Positions 27,830-40,600 of a stretch of DNA of 64,000 nucleotides are shown here, in pieces. The notes below the pieces were generated by a model that searched no databases, was not told the DNA's origin, and saw nothing but the letters and a program-made list of their open reading frames with translations. Where the stretch lies: assembly GCF_964355755.1 (NCBI RefSeq), contig NC_092680.1:3162001-3226000 (forward strand), in the 5' to 3' direction. A program made the translations under genes and the position numbers. Numbering within the stretch: the first letter of the stretch is position 1; every line of letters begins with the position of its first letter. This stretch comes from Antedon mediterranea. Lineage: Eukaryota; Animalia; Echinodermata.

Positions 27830-30800
27830 ATGTTCAACGAATATTTTTGGATATCTCTTGTTTTGTGTGTTTACCCAGGGATCAAACACTTCTCTGCAGG
27901 TAAGCTGGATTTAAAATATATACCTGCAATTTCAATGCTTAGCTACTTTGTTAATCTCACACCACTCTACTGAAACACACTTCAAGCAAAAGAAGCAGCA
28001 TCGACACATTGTTTTAAGCTGCATGCAGGAAGATAAATACATGTTCTTTTCAGATTTTTACAGAATTTGCAGCAACGAAAAATTCAAACTGTGAAGCTGT
28101 AGAGAGTATATCTAAACTTCTACAGAATCATTCATTTCAATACATAGAAACAATTTTGTATCTAAGTCAATATATTTCCTGCATACTGATAACCATTATT
28201 AATTCTGGCCTACTTGTTATGTTATTTCAGCGAGTGATTGCGGTTCGCCACCTGCAATTGGCAATGCTACATTAACATCTTCTGGTGGTTCATCAGAAGG
28301 TGACTACGTCATCTATACATGTGAGAGTGGCTTTCTTCCGACTGAAAACCAAGCAAATGCGGTGAAGTTTTGTCAAGATGGACAATGGATAGGAAGTGAT
28401 CTTAAATGTAAATGTAAGTGCAAATTAATGTATTTTCAACAGTAGTTACGGGCACCAAAGGTACGGTACCTCTAAGATTTGAATTTCTGAACATATCAAG
28501 GACGTATTCACAACATTTGTTTACACTAACCTTACCAGAGTTCGTTTACTGAAAAGCCAGAGTTTGTTCAATTCCAATTTTCAATTCAAAGCAACATTTA
28601 TTTCTTTTTATGTTCATCAAGAAGAAGGTTAACAGTTAATATAAGAAAACAAGAATAATACAAACTCATTTTCAACAGATCTTAAATGTCCAGAACCATC
28701 TGTGCCTGCCTTTGGCAACGTAAGCAGTAGTACGACAGAGTATAATACAGTAATCAGCTACTCATGCCATCCAGATAAAACATTAGAAGGAAATAGTACA
28801 AGACGTTGTCAGGTTGATGGCTCGTGGAGCGGCGAATCACCAAACTGTATTGAATATGGTCAGTATAGTATACTTATTAAAGCAAACATTGATAATAAGA
28901 TCATGTTGGTTTCAACTCTGTATTTAAAAATAAATGTTTAAATAGCAGTCCTTACGTTTTCTTGGCGAGTCATTGTTGATGATATTTTCTATCTTCTCTT
29001 TTGTAAAGGTTGTGAGAGCACAAACGATGATTTCATCGTGGCCGACACATGCTTTAACATAAAAGTTGAGGAAAAGACGTGGCAAGGAGCAAATGTGAGT
29101 TGTATATCTTCTGGAGCTAATCTGGCGTACATTGGAAATGAGGAAACACAAGAAGAAGTTGTAAAGGAGATTAATAGGAAATACGGGAATGAGAATCACG
29201 ACTACTGGATCGGATTATATGAAGTTATTGTGACGCAGTGGTACTGGACTGACAGTAGGCCTAATTTATTTAATTTTGATAAAGATACATATTGGCAGTG
29301 ATCTGGAGAGGGGCGGAGGGGAGGGCCGTATGTCCCGATGTGGTCATTAATGTTTATGTCATTGTGCAAACGGGGTGGAACATAAACATATTGTATTCTA
29401 GTTATTCTAAGATATTACCCCTTACTACTAGTAGTATTTGTAATGGCCTGGAAACCACCAATCATGTAGGTTAATAGTTCTGTTGGCATTTGTTTCTTAG
29501 TATGTGACTGAAGGAGGAGCTTTTAATGTCTGCTAAAATATGTTCTGAATACATCTATTTCACAGGTGATTCTCCTATGGTTTACAGTAATTGGGAATCT
29601 GCATCAGCCGGTGATGTTGGCGATCGTTGCTTTCTTAAGGGTAGCACAGCGAAATGGTCAAGCGTATTTTCTGGAACTACAATGGGATATATCTGTCAAT
29701 TTGGTATGGAACTTTTTTTATGGAATGCTGCATTTTTAAAGTAACACATTGTAGCAAGCTCAAAAGATATTAAAGACATAAAACATCCATATGTGTACTA
29801 TTACAGTTCAATTAAAAATAAAGAACATTTTTGTTTTCTATTTTAACTTAATTATAATAATTATTCAATTAAATAAATCATCATTTTGATTTTTAAATTC
29901 GTTCATTTAATCCTTAGCTGATGATTGCCCAAACCATTTTAGCTCAACTGGAGACTTTTTAAAATATGGTACATCAATAATTGATGGAAACACTTACTGT
30001 TTTGTATTTAATCCATCGGCGAATCAAAATTGGAATGGGGCGAGAGATAATTGCAAGAATCAATACCGTAAGTCTGACGGAGGAACAGAAATGACAGGAC
30101 GTCTTGTTGAAATCACAGATGAGATCACACAAACTTACATTGAATCGTTGATAACAAAGAACAGTAATGACTTAGGTGGTGGTGACTATTGGATTGGTGC
30201 TGAGAAGAAGAACGCTGATCCACGTGTTTGGAAATGGACAAATGGTCAGTATGTACAAAGAATTTGTATTATATCGTATACTTTATTTTATTAAATGTCA
30301 ACATTGCAAACATTTGAACTAGGCCTAATGGAGTCGTAGTTAAGTATCACTGAGCTTTTAGGATATGGCTACTTGATGTCTGACTAAGGATTTATAAAGA
30401 AAAAATTTGGTTTTGTGTGTGGCAGTGCATAATGTGTAACAGAACAAGTCAATTTCCAGAAAAATAAAGATTATGTTTTGTTTTATATTTAGGCAAATTG
30501 TATTCACTATTATTTTAGGGTAATTTCTTCTGTTACTTTTTACACTTACCAATCTCAATTTCGTAAAAGGGAGCCAGTCTAACATGACCACAATGGTAGT
30601 AGATGACACAAGGCATATTTTATAATTCATATATTACGTCAAAGTATGTTTTACATTAGCGTTTATTTTAAATTGGCAATAATTTAGGTCTTAATTCAAC
30701 ATATACATCATGGGGTCCTAATGAACCTAGTGGTGATGGAAGTTGCGTAAACTTGTTGAAAGTACACGGGTATAATTGGAACGATGAAGGCTGTGGTACA

Positions 30801-33800
30801 ACGTCGGGATACATCTGTAGTTACGGTAAGCAATACATTCAGTTGATACAAAATTGTAGTGTAGAGTAAAACCAAAATAAAAGTAGTACGTGCCAAGAGG
30901 TAAAGGGTTTAAACATACAATTATATACATATGACGCGGAGCTTCCAGGATCTAGACGGTGATTTGTTGGCGTAATACTGCACTTGAGCTGGTTTAGTTT
31001 CGGACAAAATATCAAAACGCGATGATCCACTTGTAGCGCTCGTAAAGGAATACTACCAACATGAAAACGACAACTAGAGACTTGGGGCAAGTCTATATAC
31101 AGTGAAGTGACACCTTAGAACATTGCTTTTATTTTATTTACAATCAAATTATAAATGGCTAAGAAAAAATAGGCTCCTTTTAAAAATGTTTTTTTTTTGT
31201 TTCCAATCATAACATGTAATATAATAAATATAAAATAAATATTGCATTTAAAGATTATGCTGATGCTGTTACTTTCTGTGGGTTTCCTGGTGGTATACTG
31301 AATGGATTTGTTTTAGACGACGTAAAGGATAAATACGACATAGGTAATGTTGTTCGCTATGATTGCATAAACGGCTACACTATGGAAGGATCACCTAACA
31401 TCACGTGTACAAATAATGTTAAATGGGAAAATAAACCATTATGTGTTGGTAAGTATATTTAATATTAATGTTTCTTAAGAGAAAAAGATATTATGTCAGC
31501 CAATTGGTGGCAAAACGATTTTTATTTAGATATAAACCACTTAAAGGTAAACAAGTAAATTAGTCCCACATCGACATTTAGACATTTAGACGACTGTTTA
31601 GTTATTCAGTTGAAGTCTAACCAGAAATTACAATTTGATAAAGTTTATTTTTTTAAATAATATTCTTTTTTTGACTAGCTGTAAATTGCACATCCCAGCC
31701 ACACAAAATCGAGTTCTCTACTTATACAAATGTGTCGGCTGCCAAGTACTGTGACGTAGTTGTGTACGAATGTTGGGATAATTACACTATGGTGGGATTT
31801 GGTGTTTCAACGTGCTTAGCCAATGCGACATGGAGCTATCCAGAATTTACTTGTGAAGGTAGGAATGAACGATTTTATAAAGCATAGCTTTTAAAATCAT
31901 TGTATACGTTGAAAATGAGTGTAGATTCATCGTCATTAAAAAAAGTATATCGGTTTATTCGTTCTTATATTTATGATTTAATTTGATGTTATTAAATTTG
32001 TCATTTTCTCTTCAGGTATTAAACCAACGATTGAGTCTAGTACGAAAAACCTTAGGAGCACCATAGTAACTGGCGTCGTGAGTTCGCCTACACATCAGAC
32101 ACAACCTACCAAAGAAGGCTTGACGACATCATTTACCACGCCAGATAATCCGATAGACATTGCTTCAACAACCGAATATTTTGGAATGTCTACTGGTACA
32201 ATTTATCATACAGCAGATGAAACATTGACAACCGAATTCGAAACGACTTACTATACTACATTTACAACTCAAGAAAAGCCTACAACAGAAGTTGCGACAA
32301 CTGAATTTATGAAAACACCTGAACGTGCACGAACAACGACAACCTACAACACATTAACAACAAAATTAGAGTCCACAGAAGACACTATAACACAAGTAAA
32401 TATGTCAACAAGAGACATTATTTTGACAACTGAATCTAAAGAAACATCTGAAGGTACACCATTAATTACGGCAACCGACCAAACATTGACAACAGAATTA
32501 GAGTCGACAGAAGACACTATAACACAAGAAAATATATCGACAAGAGAAATTATTTCGACAACTGAATCTATAGAAACATCTGAAGGTACACGATCAACGG
32601 CAACCGACCAAACATTGACAACAGAATTAGTGTCGACAGACGACACTATAACACAAGAAAATATATCGACAAGAGAAATTATTTTGACAACTGAATCTAT
32701 AGAAACATCAGAAAGTGCACGAACAGCGACAACCGCCAACACATTGACAACAGAATTAGATTCGACAGACGACACTATAACACAAGAAAGTATGTCGACA
32801 AGAGAAATTATTACGACAACTGAATCTATAGAAACATCTGAAGGTACACGATCAACGGCAACAAACCAAACATTGACAACAGAATTAGAGTCGACAGTCG
32901 ACACTATAACACAAGAAAATGTGTCGACAAGAGAAATTATTTCGACAACTGAATCTATAGAAACATCTGAAGGTGCACGAACAGCGACAACCGACAAGAC
33001 ATTGACAACAGAATTAGAGTCGACTGACGACACTATAACACAAGAGAATATGTCGACAAGAGAAATTATTGCGACGACTGAATCTATAGAAACATCTGAA
33101 GGTACACGATCAACGCGAACCGACCAAACATTGACAACAGAATTAGAGTTGACAGACGACACTATAACACAAGAAAATGCTACAGCAGAAATTATTTCGA
33201 CAACTGAATCTATAGAAACATCTGAGGGTACACGATCAACGGCAACCGACCAAACATTGACAACAGAATTAGAGTCGACAGACGACACTATAACACAAGA
33301 AAATGCTACAGCAGAAATTATTTCGACAACTGAATCTATAGAAACATCTGAAGGTACACGATCAACTGCAACCGACAACACATTGGCAACAGAATTAGAG
33401 TTGACAGACGACACTATAACACAAGAAAATGCTACAGCAGAAATTATTTCGACAACTGAATCTATAGAAACATCTGAAGGTACACGATCAACGGCTACCG
33501 ACCAAACATTGACAACAGAATTAGAGTCGACATACGACACTATAACACAAGAAAATGCTACAGCAGAAATTATTTCAACAACTGAATTTATAGAAACATC
33601 TGAAGGTACAAGATCAACAGCAACCGACCAAACATTGACAACAGAATTAGAGTCGACAGACGACACTATAACACAAGAAAATGCTACAACAGAAATTATT
33701 TCGACAACATTTGAAGGTACACGACCAGCGACAACCGAACGAGAATTTACAACAGAATTAAGGCTGACAGAGGATATTAAAACACAAGAAACTCCGTTAA

Positions 33801-36447
33801 CAGAAATGACTTCGATACCTGAATCTATAGAAACATCTGATAATATAGGAACAGAAGCAACAACTTCCAGCGCATGGTCAACGCAGAATTATAGGACGTC
33901 TGACACCATTATTATTGTGACAACTGCATCAAAACAGTCAGAAGGTATCAAATCAACAATGCAACGAAAACAGACAACTGGCGGTACTTGGTCAACTCAG
34001 AGCTTTATAACAAATGGAATGACGACATCACATTCGCAAACATCGCAAACTCAACAGAGACCAACCACAAAACAAATGTTGTCAACTATTATTAGAGAAA
34101 CTAGTGACGGTGCAAGAACCACACAGAAATATACGACCATTGAAATGTCAACAACTCAATCGCCACAAACAGAGGCTATTGCATCACCAACCCAGAACAT
34201 TCTGACAACACACGTATCAATAACTGATCCGGTAACACCAAATGATGATGGTACACCTCAGACGCAGGATCACGTGACAACTGTCGAAGCGGTGACAACT
34301 AACTTACAGCGGACAGAAGGTATGCTTTCCTCAACACAGAAAGTGCAGCCTACAACAGAAGTATCTACAAGACAAACTGCTGACGGTTCACCAACACAGA
34401 GACCAACTGATGATGGTACACCTCAAACGCAGAAACACGTGACAACTGTCGAAGCAGTGACAACTAACTTGCAACAGACAGAAGGTATGCCTTCCTTAAC
34501 ACAGAAAGTGCAGCCTACAACAGAAGTACCTACAAGACAAACTGCTGACGGTTCACCAACACATAAACCAACTGATGATGGTACACCTCAAACGCAGAAA
34601 CACGTGACAACTGTCGAAGCGGTGACAACTAACTTACAACAGACAGAAGGTATGCCTTCCTCAACACAGAAAGTGCAGCCTACAACTGAAGTATCTACAA
34701 GACAAACTGCTGACGGTTCACCAACACAGAGACCAACTGATGATGGTACACCTCAAACGCAGAAACACGTGACAACTGTCGAAGCGGTGACAACTAACTT
34801 ACAACAGACAGAAGGTATGCCTTCCTCAACACAGAAAGTGCAGCCTACAACAGAAGTATCTACAAGACAAACTGCTGATGGTTCACCAACACAGGACTTT
34901 GATAAAACCGATATACTGACAACTCAATCACAGAAGACGAATTTGGTCTCAAAAGGAACACAGCAACATACAGCTGAAGAAGAATTTACAACTAAACCAC
35001 ACAAAACAAATTATGTTGTTAACATTACAACATTACAGACAAAGCTATCAACAGGGAGTGAACCAACAACCAAACGTCAACAAAAAGAGACAACAGAATA
35101 CTGTAAGTATTGCATGAGCATGTATTTCCCAAATCAATAGAATAGGACAACTTACTCATAAACTATCATAGTGTCCTCATAACCGATTGGTATTCTGATT
35201 CTATTATCTACATCAAATGTGGTCTTTGATTACAGATTCCACATCGAACCCTCCCAGTGAAGGACTTACTCTTACATATTTAAGTAAGTATATAACTTTG
35301 TCAGCTTTGTATAATATTTAGAGCACAGTTAGCATGATATAAAATAACTAGATTTCATATTGGGATTTAACTGCACGACACGACGCGCGACGCGGAAATA
35401 CGAACTTACCGAAGCGTGTCGTAAACATTACAAATCAGTTGATCATAGAGTCGCATACGGTCGTATCGTCTCCACACCACCGATTGTTTTTGGATATGCA
35501 CCGATAACAGTTAACTTGCTGTAGACATATTGGCGGTTGTGTAGATGAAATAATAACTTTAACCGTCAGCGATCGTTGTCTTTACTGACCCTACTCGTTA
35601 TTTTGTTTCAGTTATCATTAGCGTTTTAAGTGCTTTCGTGGTTCTGTTTCTCTTAATCCTTATACTGTTAATCTGTTCTTATTTGAGACGGTAAGTATAG
35701 TTAGTTCACTAATCCTAATTATTTGAGGCATCCATTTTGTCGTTTCCAGAATAGTGTAAAGGTGATTTAAGATTCCTTCAAAAAAGAGGGATTAGCCGCT
35801 CAATAAATTTAATAAACAATAGAATATTAATAGAAAATATAGAATGAATGTAAATTACCAGGAAGGTGGGCTTTTGTACACCGACTTGGCTGTACCTATC
35901 TAACTTCTTTCTTTCTAGAGAGTATTTTAAAATCAAATGTGTTAATCAGTATTCTATTAATTGTGTTTAGTTAGCAAAGAATAGTAGTAGTTACCAAAAC
36001 AAATTGATAAACAAGATATATCAGTGATGAAGAGAATAATTCATTATATTTTTATTGGTTGAATGTAGAAGACATCCTATAGAAGAGTCAAAAGCAGAAG
36101 ATCTTGATTTCGACGAACCACCACCACATGTCGACCAAGATTTCTTTTCCAACTTCACGGGTATTCCGAGAGCACGGCTTTCTTTTCAACATGATGTTTT
36201 AGACAAATTCGATTATTACAACGAAGGCTACAGTGAATTTGAAGCTACGTCTCAAGTAATGTATGTGAGGCGAACAAACCGTGTTTCGCAGTCAAACTGG
36301 GAAAGAGATCCTAGCTACGAGCCTTCAAATACAGGGCCTAGCTTTAAAACGAATCGTGGCTATGAAAAGGGTTATGAGGATTCAGAACTTATTCCAATGA
36401 ATTCAATGGGAGAAACAAAAGCTTCTTATGGTTTTCCAGTTTATTAG
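27830..36447 (+). CDS. Gene 1: 13-exon type-I membrane protein, signal-CCP-CCP-CTL-CTL-CCP-CCP-long mucin stalk-TM-Tyr-rich tail (~1749 aa)
   Basis: Manual splicing, all GT-AG: 27830-27899 (signal MFNEYFWISLVLCVYPGIKHFSA), 28231-28413 and 28679-28858 (sushi/CCP), 29009-29254 + 29566-29703 (CTL1, YWIGL), 29918-30244 + 30688-30825 (CTL2, YWIG...EPS...WND), 31254-31448 and 31679-31858 (CCP), 32016-35102 (Thr/Ser-rich), 35236-35283, 35612-35690 (TM IIISVLSAFVVLFLLILILLIC), 36069-36447. Total 5250 nt in frame with no internal stop. Confidence 0.88.
32350..33710 (+). repeat. Coding VNTR in gene 1 stalk: ~11 copies of a 129/126-bp unit (43/42 aa)
   Basis: Unit TLTTELESTDDTITQEN(xS/AT)...EIISTTESIETSEGTRSTATDQ. 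aaacattgac recurs at 32481 and 32610. Confidence 0.95.
34243..34893 (+). repeat. Coding VNTR in gene 1 stalk: 4 copies of a 165-bp unit (55 aa)
   Basis: Unit DDGTPQTQKHVTTVEAVTTNLQQTEGMPSSTQKVQPTTEVSTRQTADGSPTQRPT. Confidence 0.95.
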
Positions 36448-36939
36448 AAAGATACAGATTTTTTTCTTTGAGTGACGTAACCGTTGTCCTCCGCAACAAC
36501 CGCGGTAATTATTTGTATTATACAATATTGTAACGGTTTTTAGTTTATACTCAAATATAATGACTAAATGTATGTTATATTGGGCGAAATCAATATGTTG
36601 ATGTAAAGCTTGTGGTACACCAATATATAGTTCTGAACAAAACTGTTGAGTTTCTCGACTTTTCGATCAATATAATTTGATCGTCGTGAGAAGTGATCGA
36701 GAATGGGAATGGGAGGTTATATATATTTGTTAGAGCATTGCGCAAATTGACATATTGTGCACATGCGTGCACACGTACTGCGTAGGATATGACCGAATCA
36801 CGATTCTTCTTTTTTTACTCCTGGACGGACGTTGCAACTCTCTAAATATATTAATATGTATCAATCAATTTGAGAGCTGGTACTTTATATTATGATGATT
36901 TAGCCTATGATAGGAAGCTAATAAACACTATAATCTATT

Positions 36940-37095
36940 TTCCTGTGTGCTAATGGCTTCATTACACAACTATCCGCATCTATCAATAATCACATTGGTT
37001 TACTTTAAGATAATATCACTGTCAAATGACATATTTAACTCTTGTTCATACCTAATTTTGACTACAAGTAAACAAAATCGTATCTTTATCTGTAA
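36940..37095 (+). promoter_or_regulatory. Upstream block conserved between gene 2 and gene 3 (homolog at 45172-45328), with GATA-type sites
   Basis: ggtttactttaagataat...aactcttgttc...tttgacta...gtaaacaaa...tatctttatc is present upstream of both genes. Confidence 0.55.
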
Positions 37096-37614
37096 CTCAC
37101 TGAACTACATAATCGAAACTTTGTAGATAATATAATGGGATAATACAACTCATGACACTGCCAATTCAATATTAGTAATAAAAACACTCACTTCGGTCTA
37201 ATTTGTGTAAGTATGATTTTCTTCATAAATATAGTAGGCCTACTTTAGGATTTGAATTCAGTTTAAAAACTGATATATCATTACCAGTATTAGGCCTACA
37301 CTTCTTTTGGGAGCACGTAGGCCTACAGTAGGTAATTATCGTAATGTGTACAACACGATTAAAGGCGGTGAATGTCATTTAGCACCGGCGTTCTGAAATC
37401 AAAATGAAACTAAAATGTATGATTACATTTTGCACTTGCACGATTGTAATAGGCCTAAATATCAGAGGTTAGGCACATTTGTGCCATATAAAACACCATG
37501 TTATATATATTATATTTGCGGTTGTCTTTATGTGTTCTGATATATATTTTTGTATAATATGTTGTCTTTTATTTAATAACTGTGACAGATTTTATTTTTG
37601 TGTGTAATGAAGAA

Positions 37615-40600
37615 ATGACACTCAACAAAAGAACGATTGTGTTCCTGTTTATTTGTATAAGTTGTGCTGTACAATCTGAAGGTATTCCCAATAATTATTG
37701 ATTTACTGTCTAAATTATTAAAATATAGACTTAAATTCAACATTTATGCATTGACCATACAATTTCATGTACGTATTGTCTTTAGATCATCGCCATCAGA
37801 TATTCCATCAACGTTAAAATTTGCGCATGCAATCCGTGTTTTTTTGCAAGGACAATTAGTTTGGACAAAAAAAGTAAACTGCGCCAGTGCAAAATCGCTG
37901 AGTCGTTGCTATTTGCATAACAAAGTTTGCATAGCAACACAACCATTTGCTGATTTAGGAAACAATGTTAATCTGGGCTACATTTTCATAGATTAAGAGA
38001 AAGAAACATCTCTAGTTTGCACCCATACAAAGAATGAGATGATCTGATATAAAAAGGTACGTGTGCCAACAGTTTCGTGGTATTTAGTAGGACCTATGCC
38101 TATTTTTCTTTCCCGTTTTGTTTCAGCGAGTGACTGCAGTTCGCCACCTGAAATTGGCAATGCTACATTTACATCTTCTGGTGGTTCATCAAAAGGTGAC
38201 TACGTCATCTATACGTGTAACAGTGGCTTTCTTCCAACTGAAAACCAAGCAAATGCGGTAAAGTTTTGTCAAGATGGACAATGGATAGGAAGTGATCTTC
38301 AATGCAAATGTAAGTCTGTGTTAGAAAAGACGACAGAAGATACGACTTTCATGATTAGTGTTTGTGACGTAATTATTATAATATTACATGGAAATTGCTT
38401 ATCAACTATCAATTACGGTTTAAACCCGCATATTATTGATCCAAATTATTAAAGTTATGCAAATAATGAATGGCTTAGTAACCTACAGTCATTTCTTAAA
38501 TTGAATTGGTAAGCTGATAATTAGTTTACTGACCATCTTAATACGTTCACACGGTTTCTAAATAACGTTAGAATGATAACATAGCAAATGTAATTTTCAA
38601 CAGATCTTGAATGTCCAGAACCATCTGTGCCTGCCTTTGGAAACGTAAGCAGTAGTACGACAGAGTATAATACAGTAATCAGCTACTCATGTCATCCAGA
38701 TAAGACATTAAAAGGAAATAGTACAAGACATTGTCAGGTTGATGGCTCGTGGAGCGGCGAATCACCAAACTGTGTTGAATATGGTCAGTATACATATACT
38801 ACATACTACATATAATATAGATAATAAAATCATGTTTATTTAAAAATGAATAAATGTTTATTATTGGCGCTTATTCGGAAGAAGAATTTACTAACCAAGC
38901 AATAGCAGTATTTAATTTTGGTGAGTCACTGTTGATGTTATTTTCTATCTTTTCTTTTGTAAAGGTTGTGAGAACACAAACGATGATTTCATCGTGGCCG
39001 ATACTTGCTTTAACATAAGAACCGAGGAAAAAACGTGGCAAGGAGCTAATGTGAGTTGTATATCGTCTGGAGCAAACCTGGCGTACATTGGAAATGAGGA
39101 AACAAAAAAAGAAGTTGTAAAGGAGATTAATAGGAAATACGGGAATGATGATCAAAACTACTGGATCGGATTGTACGAAGATATTGTGACGCAGTGGTAC
39201 TGGGCTGACAGTTAGTTTTATTTAAATAAAGATACATCATTAAATAATGTGATAACTGTCATATTCATTGTTTTAGTCACTTATTATCCAATATCGTTTA
39301 TTAGTATCATAATTGTATAACTGAGAATAATAATAATAATTATCACCTTATTATTACGTTAATCGTCATTCGTCTCGTAACAGTCATAATTACAATAAAG
39401 TTATTACCAAGTAATATTATATATAATCATAATCACAACGTCGTATAATTTATTCATTGTATTCCATCATTACCAGTGGTAATATAATCCCATTTGTAAA
39501 CTCTACGGATTACTTCAACCATGGAGGATCCTCCATGCTTCAACTATTTCTTTATAATATAATAGGTAATTAATTTCGTTATGGCTTTTCTCCTGATATA
39601 CTTCCACATGTTGAATTACTTTTGAATTATCAGTTGATTATTGCATAAAGTATATTATACCGTTAACTTGATTCTATCACAGGTAATTCTCCCATGGTTT
39701 ACACTAATTGGGAATCTGCATCAGCTGGTGACGTTGGCGATCGTTGCTTTCTTAAGGGCAGCACAGCGAAATGGGCAAGCGTATTTTCTGGAACTACAAT
39801 GGGATATATCTGTCAATTTGGTATGGAACTTTTTTTATGGAATGCATCATTTTTAAAGTAACACATTGTAGCAAGCTCAAAAGATATTGAAGACATAAAG
39901 CATCCATGTGTGTGTATTACAGTTCAATTAAAACTAATGAACATTTTTGTTTTCTATTTTAACTTAATTATAATAATTATTCTATTAAATAAATCATCAA
40001 GAAATATGTTGCTTTTTAATTGATTTTTAAATTCGTTTATTTAATCCTTAGCTGACGATTGCCCAAACCATTTTACCTCAACTGGAGACTTTTTAAAATA
40101 TGGTCCAGCACACATTGATGGAAATACCTACTGTTATGTGTTCAACCCGTCGTCTAATAGCAATTGGAACGGAGCGAAAGACACTTGCAAGTATCAATAT
40201 TATGACTACAGTGGAGGAAGACAAATGTTAGGACGTCTTGTTGAAATCACAGATGAGATCACACAAACTTACATTGAATCGTTGATAACAAAGAACAGTA
40301 ATGACCTCGGTGGTGGTGACTATTGGATTGGTGCTGAAAAAAGGAACGCTGATCCACGTATTTGGAAATGGACAAATGGCCAGTGCATCGTTTTGATTAC
40401 ATTTAAAATTTATATAAATTATGGAGTTTCTCAATTGATAAATAACCATGTGTCCATTGTCATTGTTTAATTATGTTATCGAATTGATAGATTAGCTGAC
40501 TCATGTATACATTTTTAAAATTACCTTTACATACTAACTGGTAGTAACTAGTTTATACTGAGCTGTGTATTCGGACCACCATAAAAATGAAGACAAGAAA

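Noticed and set aside
32344-33666. 440-aa minus-strand ORF
   Set aside because: Antisense shadow of the stop-poor mucin repeat in gene 1. It has the same period and no independent features.
36069-36447. Canonical ITAM/ITIM in the gene 1 tail
   Set aside because: Tyr-rich, but no YxxL/I-x6-8-YxxL/I or (S/I/V/L)xYxx(I/V/L) match was found.
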